This document shows positions 47,266 through 60,810 of a stretch of 64,000 bases of DNA, one piece after another (positions within the stretch are counted from its first letter, which is position 1; every line of letters starts with the position of its first letter). The notes below the pieces were generated by a model that made no database searches, was not told where the DNA came from, and was given only the letters and a program-made list of their open reading frames with translations. This DNA is from Squalus acanthias (taxonomy: Eukaryota). The translations under genes and the position numbers were made by a program. The stretch lies in the NCBI GenBank assembly GCA_030390025.1, contig CM059433.1, forward strand, positions 5,146,001-5,210,000, written 5' to 3'.

Positions 47266-47698
47266 AATATTAAAAAGGACAGAAAGAAATGGCTAAAATT
47301 AAAGAGGACAAAGTCTTTCCTTTCAGATATGCTCATCTGGTATGGATGCTGCAGTTAATGAAGAGTCCTGATAAAATTGCAACAGTTGATGGTGTACAAA
47401 TATGGTTGCCCATAGTTACTTGCTAATGATTTATCCTCATACGTACTGATTTATGAAGGTTTCCAAGTGTATAGACATTAAGCTCCCTGCAGCCTTCAAC
47501 ATAATCCTTCTCCAGTGCCTCTCCTCAATTGTCCAGCTCGATGGGGCTACCCTCACAGTTTCACTCTTACCTTTCCAATTGTACCCAGAGCATCTCATCC
47601 CATGGCTTCTCTTCTTATCCCGTGCCATCACCTAGGGAGTTCTCCAAGGATCCATCCATGGCCCCCTTCTCCTCCTCACCTACATGTTCATCTACATG

Positions 47699-48140
47699 CC
47701 AGCTGTGGCTCAGTGGGCAGCACACTCACCTCTGGAGTCAGAAGTTTGTGGGTTCAAGTCCCACTCCAGAGACTTGAGCACAGAAAGCTAGGCTGACACT
47801 CCAGTGCAGTGCAGAGGGAGTGCTGCACTGTCAGAGGTGCCGTCTTTTGGATGAGACGTTAAACCGAGGCCCCGTCAGGTGGACATAAAAGATCCCATGG
47901 CACTATTTTGAAGAAGAGCAGGGGAGTTATCCCCAGTGTCCTGGCCAATATTTATCCCTCAATCAACATCACTAAAAAACAAATATCGGGTCATTATCAC
48001 ATTGCTATTTGTGGGAGCTTGCTGTGTGCAAATTGGCTGCTGCGTTTCCTACATTACAACAGTGACTCCACTTCAAAAGTACTTCATTGGCTGTAAAGCG
48101 CTTTGGGACTACCTGAGGTAGTGAAAGGTGTTATATAAAT
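47699..48140 (+). mobile_element. Deu-type SINE inserted in a decayed L2 RT segment (~47480-48320)
   Basis: A/B boxes and body; flanks carry L2 relics (SFHMYANDTQLY downstream). Confidence 0.8.
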
Positions 48141-49399
48141 GGAGTCAGCTTCCACATGTACGCTAATGACACCCAACTCTACCTCTCCACCACTTGTCTC
48201 AACCCCCGCCACTGCCTCTTTGTTGTCAGATTGCTTGTGTGACATCCCGGCCTGGATGAGCCACAAAATCCTCCAGTCAAACATTGAGAAGACCAAGGCC
48301 ATTGTCTTCAGCCCTCGCCACACGAGGGGTAGGATATGGCCAGCAGGGTTTTGGATAAACTCACATTTATGGAGGGTGGAGGTTTGGGGGACCAATTCGG
48401 AGAGCATTTGAATCGTCAAGTCTGGAGGTGTCTAGCAAAGGGGCTACAAAGAACCATTGGCCTGACCGCCTCCCTGATCCATATCTTCACCCCAGACACA
48501 GATGTCAAGCAATACCACTACCTCAGAAAATCAATCACCTAGGATGTTTGGAATTGAATAAAATAACTTATTTGGCTCTGTGCCAAATACTTTAAATGAC
48601 CTGCGAGACGTGTCTCCATTAAGGTATAATGCGAACAGTCAAACCATGCAGACCAAGGAATTCCTGAACCACACAAATCCCTTCCTTGCCCTGAAGTGCA
48701 AATGTTAGCCACACTGTAATGTAAATTTTATCCAGCATGCATTAAACAGCTAGTAATAACTGACATTAACCTTGTGCAAGTATTGTGGACAGGGATATAG
48801 AAACCATTAGATAATCCAACATAGACAGAAACACTCCCGACTGCCTTTCTGCTGTCCGAGTAGATGTATGCAATAATGTTCCTCTTCAAGATACCTTTGC
48901 CTTGAAGATGTCCACACTACTTGCCTTCACCAACTACCTTAGTAAGCTGTTCCTATAACCAACCACCCACTCCGTAAAGTAATGTTTCCTCATATCCTGT
49001 CTGAATCTACCTCTTCTCCAGTTAAACTCAACTCTCCTCATTGTGGCAATACAAATGGCCCTCAACATCTGCATCAACCGCAGTGTAATTTCACTGCATT
49101 TGGGCCACAGAGAGGCACATGGGGTGGGAAATTGGAGTGGGACTGGGTTCGGCTGGATCTCTGTCCTTTTTGCTGTGCAGAAGCGGTCTTGTGGGCAGTG
49201 GGTGCGGGCACTTCTCGTGCCCACCACCTTCAGTCCTGAAAGGGGTGACACCAGTGGAATGGCTTCATCTGCCAGACTTCGCTTCAGCCTGGTCTCTCTT
49301 GCCCCCAGCATTATGTGCACCTGCATGGAGCAGGCATTCACTACATACCATTCTAGTGGAAGTGTGACCAAGATGATTCTGAAAGGCTGAGTTCCTTAG

Positions 49400-49771
49400 T
49401 ACAATCTTACAGGGCTTGACAGGGTAGATGCAGGGAGAATGTTTCCCCTGGCTGGGGAGTCTAGAACCAGAGGGTCACAGTCTCAGAATACGGGGTCGGC
49501 CATTTAGCACTGAGATGAGGAGAACTTTCTTCACTCAGAGGGTGATGAATCTTTGGAATTCTCTATCCCAGAGGGCTGTGGAGGCTCAGTTGTTGAGTAT
49601 ATTCAAGACAGAGATCGATAGACTTTTGAATATTAAGGGAATCAAGGGATCTGGGGATAGTGCAGGGTAGTGGAGATGAGGTAGAAGATCAGCCATGATC
49701 TTATTGAATGGCGGAGCAGGCTCGAGGGGCCAAATGGCCGACTCCTGCTCCTATTTCTTACGTTCTTATGT
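49400..49771 (+). mobile_element. CR1 LINE 3' fragment
   Basis: GHSLRIRG...WNSL, 3' UTR and tail. Confidence 0.9.
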
Positions 49772-49879
49772 TGTAATCAATTGTGGAGTGATCGATCGCA
49801 ATAAGGAAAGCGGTGACAGAGTGGGAGCTACTAATATTCAGAGCCAACATTTCTTCACTCAGCCAATATCTTGCTCTGC

Positions 49880-50585
49880 CGTCTTGGATTCTATTGATCA
49901 CGAAATCCTCATCTAACATCTTTCCTCTAAAGTGCACCTTTGGGGCACTGCTCATGTCCTGATTCAACACAGGTATGATCATTGCTGTGAACCACTTCTC
50001 CTCCTCTGCTCATATGGTCACCTCTGGTGCAAACCCACAGGTTGACCTTTGGCCCCCTCCTCCACTAGTCATATGCTGCTAATTTGGTGACATTATCCAG
50101 AAGGACAGGGCCAGATTTCACCTGAATGCCAATGACACCTCGCTCTACTTCACTGTCTCTCCCATTGACCCAAATGTTGTTACCAGGCTCCCAAATTGTC
50201 TGTCGGATATCAAGAGCTGGATAAATCAAAACTTCCTTCAGCTGAATTTTATCAAAACCAATACCATGCTCTTTGGAAGCATCTCCACGGGCCTGGCCTT
50301 GATTCTATCAACCTCGCCAGCTGCTATCTGAAGCTCAGAAAGTGCACAACGTTGGTGTTCTGCTCAAGTTCAAGGTCAGCCTCCTCCCCCACATCCGGTC
50401 CATTACCCAAACTACCTTCTTGCAACTCTGCAGTATTGCCTGCCAGCACTTGTATCGCTCCCCCTCTGCTGCCAAATCCTTAGTGCATGCATTCATCAAT
50501 TCAAAGCTTGAATTATCTAAATGCCCCACTCTCTGCCTTAACCCTCCACAAGCTTCATCTCATCCAAACACTGCAGTTTGCATCA
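49880..50585 (+). mobile_element. Old decayed L2 RT fragment
   Basis: LDSIDHEILI, HNVGVL, PHIRSITQTTF, LVHAFINSKL. Confidence 0.65.
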
Positions 50586-51154
50586 TCACTCCCATTGCCA
50601 AACTGCCACGGTAGGATTTGAACTCATGCTCTCTGGATTACTCGTCCAGTAATATAACCACTCTACTACTCTACCCCTTACTTGTGAAATTTAGAACAAC
50701 GATACAATTATAGAGGACGCACATTCTTTTCTTAGTATGTTGAAATGGCGTAATTTGATTCAACATCAAAAACTCTAAAACATTTATCCGTGTAGATCTC
50801 TTATTACACAGTAGATACTAATTCTGTTATTCCATGCTTTTGTCAACAGTCTTTTCCAACAACTGTTGAATTAATTTATTTATCTAATATAAAGATTTAT
50901 AGGGCTAGAAATTCGGTTGTGTAGCGCACGTTGTTTGGGCGCTACGGGGGCTGAATTGGGACACAAAATGGCGTCTGAGCAGCGCGTGCGCACTTCTGGT
51001 GCGGCCTGCGCTGGACGCTGTCTTGGTCAGGGCGGCTGTTAGGAGCGTGCGCTGGAAGTATGGTAAGTTGGCAGATCGTGCTGTTAATCAGCGTGCAACA
51101 CTGATTTGACACCAGCGTGGCCATTTACGTCGTCATCGCTGGAACTAATGCCCT

Positions 51155-51947
51155 GTGTTAACTATCCCTCTCCCTAACATCTGTCTGAGGCTGAACCACA
51201 ATGTTCGCAACCTTGGTGTCATATTTGACCCTGAAATGAGCTTCCGACCCCATATCTGCAGCATAACAAAGACCACCTATTTCCACCTCCGTAACATCGC
51301 CCGTCTCCGCCCTTGCCTCAGCTCATCCACTGCTGAAACCCTCATCCATGCCTTTGTTACCTTTAGACTTGACTATTCCAATGCACTGGCTCCCTCATTC
51401 CACCCTACGTAAACTTGCGGTCACCCAAAACTCGGCTGCCCGTGTCCAAACTCGCACCAAGTCCCGTTCGCCCATCTCCCCTGTGCTCGCTGACCTACAC
51501 TGGCTCCCGGTTAAGCAACGCCTCGATTTCAAAATTCTCATCCTTGATTTCAAATCCCTCCATGGCCTCACCCCTTCCTATCTCTGTAATCTCCTTCAGC
51601 CCCACAACACAGCTCCCCCCCCACCCTCCCCGAGATATCTGCGCTCCTCCAATTCTGCCCTCTTGAGCATCCCTGATTATAATCGCTCAACCATTGGTGG
51701 CCGTGCCTTCTGCTGCCTGGGCCCTAAGCTCTGGAATTCCCTCCCTAAACCTCTCCGCCTCGCTACCTCTCTTTCCTCCTTTAAGACGCTCCTTAAAACC
51801 TACCTCTTTGACCAAGCTTTTGGTCACCTGCCCTAATTTATCCTTATGTGGCTCGGTGTCAAATTTTTTCGTCTTATAATCCTCCTGTGCAGCGCCTTGG
51901 GACGTTTTACTACGTTAAAGGTGCTATATAAATACAAGTTGTTGTTG
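51155..51947 (+). mobile_element. L2 LINE 3' fragment nested in the Harbinger element
   Basis: VRNLGVIFD, LHWLPVKQR, (TTG)n tail. Confidence 0.9.
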
Positions 51948-52321
51948 TACAGCTGAACATGCGTTCAGCAGCAGGAAGGACCCCCCCCCCAACCAACGCT
52001 ATTGTAAGGGATCATGACCAACTTTCAGGTAACTTGCTTTTTGATTTCTACTGGCTCTGTGTAGGTTTGTGGAAGTGTTTCCAGCTTTCTAGAGTTGTTT
52101 AAAGTTGGTGAGGTGCTGCAAGTGGAAACATAGAAACATAGAAGATAGGAGCAGGAGTAGGCCATTCGGCCCCTCGAACCTGCTCCGCCATTCGATGAGA
52201 TCATGGCTGATCATCCAAACTCAGTACCTTGGTTCTGACTTCAGGGGTTCTGGTTAGACAACTTGCTCCCAGTCATGGGTACTCTAGTTGTCATCCCCCT
52301 TGGCCTGCAGCATGACAGGAG

Positions 52322-53240
52322 ATGGAGCAGAGGCAGCAAAGAAGAGGACAAGCTGCTCACAGAGGGAGGATGAGGAGGGGGAGACGGCCTCTCATCAGGA
52401 GGCCTTACCCACCTAGGGTCTTCCGAGAGCAATTCTCTTACCTCAGCCTGAGCCAAGAGCAGTGTGTGAGGTGTCTGCGCTTTACGAAGGAGGTGCTCAC
52501 AGAACTCTGCCACCTCTTGCAACCAGACCTGCAGCTTCACACCAGGGCAAGAACAGCGCTGCCAGTGGCTGTGAAGGTGACCGTGGCCCTGAATTTCTTT
52601 GCGTTGGGATCCTTCCAGGCTGGAGTAGGCTACAACTGTAATATCTTGCAGTTCGCTGCCCACTGCTGCATAAGAGAGGTGACAGACACTCTTTATGCCA
52701 GGAGAGGGGACTTCATTGTCTTCTCTCTGACCAGAGAGAAGCAGGCGGAGCATGCACATGGCTTTGCCAGGATAGCGGACTTCCCCATGGCGCAGGGCGC
52801 CATCGACTGCGTGCTCGTGGTTTTGAGGACGCCGCCTCTAAATGCTGAGTTGTACCGCAACTGCAAAGTTTTCCACTCGCTGAATGTGCAGGTTGTGTGC
52901 CACATTGCTCAGATCCTGCTGAATGCCCGGTATCCTGGCAGCAGTCATGATGCTTTTATTCTGCGCCAGTCCGCTGTTCCCTCAGTCTATGAGCCACCAC
53001 GACAAACCAGAGGGTGGCTACTGGGCGACAAGGGCTATCCCTTGATCACCTGGCTCAGGACTTCGCTCAGCATCCCAACCACACGTGGCCAACGAGAGCC
53101 ATGCTGCCACACGAAACATCATAGAGGAGACTATTGGGGTGCTGAAGCAACGGTTCCGCTGCCTGGAGGAGCCCTTGAGTACTCTCTGGAACGTGCACTC
53201 CGATTCGTAGTGGTCTAATGTATCCTCCATCATGAGGGCA
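52322..53240 (+). pseudogene. Harbinger (HARBI1-like) DDE transposase, frameshifted near the C-terminus
   Basis: GAIDC, FHSLNVQVVC, YPGSSHDAFIL, LLGDKGYPL in frame; IEETIGVLKQRFRCL in a shifted frame at ~53120. Confidence 0.88.
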
Positions 53241-53637
53241 CAGCCCTTGCCACCAGGGACATGGTCACCAGCTCAGGAGCAGGAGCAGGAAGAGGAGGAA
53301 GAAAAGGAAGAAGAGGAGGAGGAAGAGGAGGAAGCGGAAGAGAAGGAGCAGGAAGCGGAAGGAAGGAGGCAACCCAGACAGCCCCTTTTTGGCCGGGATA
53401 TCCAGTGAACGCAACCCCAATTCCCCTTTCAACATTAATCCCCTTATGTTACTGATGATCACATGTCCTCTTGGCCACAATGCTGAAATAAAAGCCACCA
53501 CAAAGCAAACATTCCAATCCAACTTTATACATCTATCCATCCAATATTACATCAAAAAATCAACGAATCACCCTTGTGCATTCCTTTAGTGACTGTCTTG
53601 CATGTGCCTTTGCGTATCCAAGTGCTCCTACGCAGTG

Positions 53638-55426
53638 CTACCCCAGTGGCTGCAGCATGGCCGGTGGAAGGCTGCTGACCTTCACTGGGGGAGACTGCAG
53701 ATGGCCTTGCAGGATGACCTCGAGGAACTCTGGGCCTAGTAGGCCTGGTCTTGGACGGCACCAACTCGGCATGGGTGGCAGCAGTCTGGGCTGGCTGACA
53801 GGCAACAGCAAGGGCACTGGCAGAGTGGCAGTGGTGGGAGTATGACTGTTGTCATCTTGAGAGAGGAGAGTAGTGTCGTCCTCCACAGAGCCACTGCCAC
53901 TCCCCCGGGGCGGTGCTTCAGCAATCCTAGTAATCTGTTGGAGGACAGATTGCTGGAATGCTGTGACACCCTGCAAGCCCCTTTCCACACTGGTAACCGC
54001 AGCCATGATGGCAGCAGTCTGTGCCTGCGTGGCAACAAGCTGAACTTGCATGACTTCAGTCTGAGCTTCCACTGCAGCACTCAGACGTTGGGTGGCTTCT
54101 GCTTGTGCTGCAATGGAAGCTGAGACATTGGCCATCAGATGCTGCATCATGGTTGGGTCCACAATGTGTGGTCATGGAGTTGGCCACCACTTCCATGCTG
54201 GAAATCATGGGCTCCAAGCTCTGCCCAAAGGCCTGTGCAAGGCTGGAGCTGGACTCCTCCATGCTCCTTGACATTGCATTCAGGCTTTCTGGCAGGCCTG
54301 CCAATGCACCAAACATTTCATCAGCGTTCTTCTGTAGGCCGCCCCATTGAAATCTTCATCTGAGCCCTGTGCAGCAGAACTCGTGTGCGACCTCGCCCTC
54401 CGGGGAGCTGGCACCTGCGCTACCCTTCCCCCCTGCGCGATGTCTCACCACGTGCAGATCCCACGGATCTGAGCTGGTGGCTGTGAGTGTGAAATCGAGC
54501 GATGGTGGTGTTTCTTCTTCTTCTTCACTCTCTCTCCCTCTCCTTGGTCACCCACTGGCCGGGCAGGCTGAATTTCTTGGGTGTCTGAAATGAGGAAGGC
54601 ACGAGGGTGGAGTTATGGTGAGGGGAGGGTGGGAAAGCAAGAGGTGCATGCTTACACCATGTGCAGCTTGTAAATCAGAAGAGATTGTGGGATGAGGGGG
54701 AAGTGGGATGTGAGAAGGAGGATAATGTATGAGGATACCCGCATCTTGTATCCTTTCAGCCCCGCCGCTGGCCAAGAGCTCAGCCATGCCCCTGCCAAGA
54801 ATGGCCAGCACCGTCTCCTCCATGGGGGTGAGGTCATGCAGGCGAGCCTGCCCCCTGCTGGTTAAGGTCTGCTGGTGCCGGTCATGCGCCACCTTTTTCT
54901 GCACAAGAAAAGGAAGTGTGTCAGTGAGTGTGGTGTCATGTGTTTGGGTGATGTGGCTGTCATGGTTGAATAGCTGACAGTGTGTTCAAGCTGTGAGATG
55001 TGGGTGTGAGGCTTGCAGCAGTGGTAAGTGTGTGCGGGTGAGCTAAAAGCTATGAATGTGAGGTACGGGTTGTGTTTGGTAGAGATTGTTGGTAGGTGAG
55101 CGATGGGGGTGTGGTGCATTGAGCAGTGTGTGAGGCCAGTGGTGCAGATGGTGGGATATGGCATCTGAAGATGAATTCACTGATCTTGACCGCTCGTGTG
55201 AGGTCATTAAACTTCTTCCTGCAATGAGTCCAGGTCCTCGGGGCGACACTGCTGGCATTCTCCACAGTGGCTATCTGCTCCCACTGAAATCTGTCTGTGG
55301 CCTTGAGGGCCTCCTAGCCCCCTGTGGAAAGAGGACCTCTCTCCTGGCATTGACCCCCTGGACCAAGACCTCTAGTGCTGCATCGGAGAACCTAGGTGCA
55401 CGCTCTCTCCCCTATTTTGCCATCAT
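53638..55426 (-). pseudogene. Harbinger Myb/SANT-like DNA-binding protein gene, three exons, disabled
   Basis: MMAK*GRERAPRFSDAALEVLV...RTWTHCRKKFNDLTR (exon 1, donor reads ATCAGT); KKVAHDR..TSRG..LTPMEE (exon 2, ~54900-54740); coiled-coil-like exon 3 from ~54585. Confidence 0.8.
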
Positions 55427-55648
55427 GGCAACTTTGTCCACTGTCTTCCCAGCCACTTCAATCACCTGTTGCAGGCAGAGGGCACCTCCCCTTTAAGAAG
55501 TGCAGGCTGCCTTTAAATAGTGCAGGCTAGCTTTAAGCGGTGCTAGCCTCGCACGAGCTTGGGCCCCCTGCTGAGCATTCAGCCACTCAGCAGCGCGCTC
55601 AGCGCTGGGCCGAACACTACAATCATGTAAATTAGTCCCAAATTAGTA

Positions 55649-56064
55649 TGTCAGCTGTGGCTCAGTGGGTAGCACCCTCGCCTCTGAGTCAGGCGGTTGT
55701 GGGTTCAAGTCCCACGCCAGGGACTTGCGCACATAAAGCTACGTTGACACTCCAGTGGAGTGCTGCACTGTCGGAGGTGCCGTCTTTCAGATGAGATGTT
55801 AAATCAAGGCCCCGTCTGCTCTCTCAGGCAAAAAAGATCCCCATGGCACTATTTCGAAGAAGAGCAGCGGAGTTATCCCCAGTGTCCCTCAATCAACATC
55901 ACTAAAACTGATTGTCTGGTCATTATCACATTGCTGTTTGTGGGAGCTTGCTGTGCGCAAATTGGCTGCCGTGATTACTAAAGTGACTCTACTTTATTGG
56001 CTGTAAAGCGCTTTGAGACGTCCGGTGGTCGTGTAAGGCGCTATATAAATGCAAGTCTTTCTTT
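55649..56064 (+). mobile_element. Deu-type SINE nested in the Harbinger element
   Basis: A/B boxes, body with small deletions, tail. Confidence 0.85.
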
Positions 56065-56159
56065 CCTTTTCTCCCGACGGGTGCGGGTTGCTATCCCATC
56101 GCGATCCCGGCATCCATTTTTGGGGAATACCGAATTTCTGGACCATAATGTTTTTTCAA

Positions 56160-56348
56160 TGAAAGAAAGAAAGAAAGGCTTGCATTTATATAGCGCCTTT
56201 CACGACCACCGGACGCCTCAAAGCGCTTTACAGCCAATGAAGTACTTTTTGAAGTGGAGTCACTGTTGTAATGTGGGAAACGCTTTACAGCCAATTTGCG
56301 CACAGCAAGCTCCCACAAACAGCAATGTGATAATGACCAGATAATCTG
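56160..56348 (-). mobile_element. Deu-type SINE 3' fragment
   Basis: (GAAA)n then gcttgcatttatatagcgcc. Confidence 0.85.
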
Positions 56349-56750
56349 CGAGAGGGAAAGAGAGAGGTGGCTCTACCAGGCAGCAGCCAGAAGAGGGCTC
56401 TTCATACCTTTGTGTTCAGTTACCACTGGACCCATTTTCTAAGCGTTGGCAATTTTATTGCAGAAAATGACACTCAGTACTCACATGCATTGTTCTTAAC
56501 AAATGATATTTTCTACATGCGTTTAATTCAGTGGTAAATGCTTGCCACCAATGGAGTAAAGACAACAAAGACTCCCACTATGGGGGACAAGTGCATCTTA
56601 TTATGTTATTTAAAGTACGACTTTTCAATATTTCTAAACCTTTATTTCACTGGCACTATCATTTAACACTTTCATGGTGATGGATTGAAGTCTGTTATGT
56701 TAACTATGAAAACGCAATTCTTAATGCAGCTGCCTTACATTGGTACTGTG

Positions 56751-57197
56751 CTCACCCGCTGTGCTCGCTGACCTATATTGGCTCCCAGTTAAGCAGCGCC
56801 TCGATTTCAAAATTCTCATCCTTGTTTTCAAATCCCTCCATGGCCCTCGCCCCTCCCTATCTCTGTAATCTCCTTTAGCCCCACAACCCCCCCGAGATAT
56901 CTGCGCTCCTCTAATTCTGCCCTCTTGAGCATCCCTGATTATAATCGCTCAACCATTGGTGACCGTGCCTTCTGTTGCCTAGGCCCTAAGCTCTGGAATT
57001 CCCTCCCTAAACCTGTCTGCCTCTCTACCTCTCTCCCCTCCTTTAAGACGCTCCTTAATACCTACCTCTTTGACCAAGCTTTTGGTCACCTGTCCTAATT
57101 TATCCTTATGTGGCTCGGTATATAACACTCCTGTGCAGCACCTTGGGACGTTTTACTACATTAAAGGCGTTATATAAATACAAGTTGTTGTTGTTGT
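56751..57197 (+). mobile_element. L2 LINE 3' fragment
   Basis: Same family as 51155-51947; (TTG)n tail. Confidence 0.9.
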
Positions 57198-58078
57198 ACT
57201 GTCAGATGAGGAGCTCGATGAAAGGATAATACAAGAAGGCTGGAGGAGAAGAAGCAGGACTAGTGCTTATCCTTCATCAAAAGGTGTTTGGAGGTTCAGT
57301 ACTGATCCGTTGGAGGATTCTGCTGGATAGCAGTGACTGAATTATGTCAAATGATTAAAAGGAGATCATGTAGAGAGTTCATTAGGGCAGTAAAGACTGA
57401 ACTGTGTCAAATGGTGGCATCTGAACTCGACTCCAAACACGCTGCATGTGACTGTTAAATTGAGAGCAGCAATCAATTTCTTGGCTGTTTGGTCATTTGT
57501 TTTATATTATTAGCCAGGTCACTGTGTCTACCTGTATTCAAGAGGTGATTGGTGCACTGCCCTAGAAGAATGGCAAGTTAATTAATTTCTCCAGGAATGT
57601 GGATACACTGTTGGGCAACGGCAACGGTTTAACCCTGCTGCTCTCTTTCAAAGTGTGCTATGTGTGGTAGATTGTAACCCCAAGGAATATGGGCACCATT
57701 GTTCAATCTGATGGTTCAATAATTGTAAGATGCAACTAGTCTGCAGTACTCAGAAAAGAGTCCTCCAGATGTTCACCATATACACAGTTCAACATTCGTT
57801 TCAGTCACCTTAAACCAGTCACAAGTTCCTCAATTAATTGAATTATCTAAACAGTATACATTGACTTTGCTAAACGAAGTATACTATTTTTGAATGAAGT
57901 ATCTTATACTAATTTTGTGTTTATTTATTGTTTTAAAATTGATATTTTTATTTTTAGATAATTTGCTACTCATTTTTTTAGAAAAGGCGAATAACTAAAC
58001 TACGAATAATATCGAAGGCTTCTTACTCTTAATAATCATTATTAAAATCATCATGGATGGGGACCAAGGAAAGATAAA

Positions 58079-58907
58079 GGGCTGGATTTTCTCAATGGAG
58101 ACGTGCTGGGGGCGGGACTTCTGCTTTCCGGGTTTCAGTCCCGCCCCCAGCGACATCTGACCAACCCACGCTATTTTCCCTTGATTGGCCTTGTTAAGCC
58201 GGCCAATTAAGGGAAAGCCGGTGACAGATGACGTCAGCATATGACGCTTCATCTGTCGAAAATTTTTTGACAGATGAATTGTCAGCGTTTGACAGCTTTG
58301 AGAAGCTGGTCAAACACTGACAATCTCTGTTCTAAGGTGAGCCCTTGCACACAGGCTTACCAAGACCTCTCTCCTCAGCAGAAAGCGGATGGCTGCTGCA
58401 TCTGAGAATGCAGCAGCCATTCTGTCATCTCTGCCATTGAGATGAGGCACCTCTGGATCCCCAAGGGTTGAAGCCTGCAGAAAGAAGCAAGGGTAAGGAA
58501 ACTTTTTCCAACACTTTACACTCACCTCTCATACTTACCTGTCCCACACTTGCACCCATCACTCACCTCTACAGCTGACACTTCGACCCCTCTCACCCCC
58601 GCAGACCCACTGCTCGCCTCGCTGACCATGGCGAGGTTTCCTGACGTTGGGAAGCCCGCATCAGCAGGCGTAAAATGGGGAAAAGCCTCTTAACCACCTG
58701 TTAACTACCTGTTAACAGGCATGTAATTGGCTCTAATCCCCTTCCCGCCTCGAGGAGACAGGTCCCTGTGTGAGTCGGAGACCCGCCTCCTGGGAAGATG
58801 GTTCGGAGGTGGGTTGGGAGCGGGGTTGGGACCCGCTCCCAATTTTTCCCATTTTCCCGGCAGTCCCGCCTCCAAACCCGCCTCCTCAGGCTGGTAAAAT
58901 CCAGCCC
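58079..58907. mobile_element. Non-autonomous Harbinger-type MITE
   Basis: Perfect 12-bp TIRs gggctggatttt / aaaatccagccc; 3-bp TSD AAA; internal FSDAA...RREVL Myb relic. Confidence 0.8.
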
Positions 58908-59929
58908 AAAGAACCAGTCACAAAGAAACAGTAATCCCATGTCAAAAAGGTCAGCAGTATTTAGAGCTACGAGATTCAGTGCCCACCTGTTGCTGAATCG
59001 ATCCTTGATAGCGGGAATAAGGGAGAGTGTCATATTGAAAAGCTAGCAATCAGGAATAGTCGCCTCGCCTCCACTCAGTATCATGTCTGACAATCTGACT
59101 GAGGTATTTGGGGGTAAATTTATCTTGAAGAAAACATACAAGACTGTTCCTCACTAGCCTTTTTTACAAATTAAGAAATCAAGCTGGAGGGCCCAAGACT
59201 TACTGTGCAGCACATTGCGGGGTCGATTTTGACTTCTGGGCCACCAACCGGCAGAGTGCGCTGGCCAGTCTCCTGTACCCACAGCGAAGAGGTGGTTGTG
59301 ATATTGAGACCTCGGCCTCACTTACATCGGACCGCCGAGCTGCAGGGCGCCAAACGGGCATCCCAACGTAGCTTGCCGGATTGGGGCCTACCAACTTCGG
59401 GCCGTCCCAACTAGCAGAATGATAAGTGCGGGGGTGTGGGGGGTGGGGGGGGTCACGATGGCAGAGGGGACATCGCAGGGCAGCAGTGGGCCCTCCTGCT
59501 CCTCCTGGCCCCACAAAAATATCCAACTCACCTTGGCTGGGCTTCTTCTCTTTGAACGCTGCTGGAAATGATTGGAGTGTCCACAGTGCGTGCGCTCTGA
59601 CCACTTCCAACCTAGGACCCATGATTTCCATCTTGAAATGGGCCCATCACCCGAAGCGGGCAGGCTTTCCAGGCGCCGCGCGCTCGGTCCCTTTCAAAAA
59701 TGGCGCCGCCGGCAATGTCAGGGTTAACGGGGCGGTAAGGGCTCCGATCCCATTTTGAAGCCGTTACCACCCCGTGAGAGCCAAGCGATACTGCATTCAC
59801 CGGGTGTTCCTGGCTGTCGCAAGCGTGTCATATACCAGGGCTGCCTTGGTCTCTTTAGCAGCTGTCCTCTAGTTTGCCCCTCCTTCAAATAACTCAGGCC
59901 CAGAGAGTCACTTTAAACAAAAGAAATCA

Positions 59930-60160
59930 GGTCAACGGCCTGGGGAGCAGGCAGTCACCCCCATCATCGTGTGTTGCCAGTCAGTGACCACCTGGACACT
60001 GACGCAGTTGAACCCCTTGTGGTTCATGAATGCCCTGACACTCTTGGTGTAGGGACCCGAATGACCGCATGGATGCCGTCAATAGTGCCATGGACAGTGG
60101 AGAATCCGGCCACGTGGAAGAATTGCAATGCCTTTTTACTCTGCAGCTGGTTTTCCGTGG
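59930..60160 (-). pseudogene. Harbinger transposase fragment
   Basis: AGFSTVHGTIDGIH and FMNHKGFNCVSVQVV...SPG on the minus strand. Confidence 0.7.
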
Positions 60161-60162
60161 AG

Positions 60163-60498
60163 AAGAATGTTCCCGATGGTCGGAGAGTCCAGAACCAGGG
60201 GTCACAGTCTAAGGATAACGGGGTAAGCCATTTAGGACAGAAATGAGGAAGAATTTCTTCACCCAGAGAGTGGTGAACCTGTGGAATTCTCTACCACAGA
60301 AGGCAGTAGAGGCCAAGTCATTAAATATATTCAAGAAGGAGTTAGATATATTTCTTAAAGCTAAAGGGATCAAGGGATATGGGGAGAAGGCAGGGACAGG
60401 GTACTGAATTTGGATGATCAGCCATGATCTCATCGAATGGCGGAGCAGGCTCGAGGGGCCGAATGGCCTACTCCTGCTCCTATCTTCTATGTTTCTAT
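60163..60498 (+). mobile_element. CR1 LINE 3' fragment
   Basis: Same subfamily as 20804-21180 and 62414-62948. Confidence 0.9.
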
Positions 60499-60810
60499 GA
60501 GAAAGTGCTGTAAATGTTTGCCCTGGTGTGGGGAGTCGGTGGACGTTGGCAAGCAAGGGGTGATGGGTGAGTGGGATTATCTGCAGGATAGGATGGGAGC
60601 AGCTTAGATTTGTTTGATTTGGAGTTTCTGTAAGGTGCCTCCCAGAAGGGTGGTGAGGATTCTGCAGCTGGCAGAGACACGAATGATGGTTTCAGCGACA
60701 GTCGGGTATCTAGGGATGGAGATGGGCGGTGGACTGGTTGCAAGGTTTGAAGCTCTGGTCAGGATTAACTTTGACAGTCGTTTGTTGTTTCCGCTAAATA
60801 AATAATGATA

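Larger units (their letters stand above)
50902..56144. mobile_element. Complete, decayed PIF/Harbinger DNA transposon with two convergent genes
   Basis: TIRs gggctagaaattcggt / accgaatttctggacc (14 of 16 match); 3-bp TSD ATA on both sides; transposase (+) and Myb-like gene (-). Confidence 0.85.

Noticed and set aside
52322..53218. Host HARBI1 gene
   Set aside because: Enclosed by TIRs and a TSD, paired with a Myb-like gene, and frameshifted before the catalytic Glu region.
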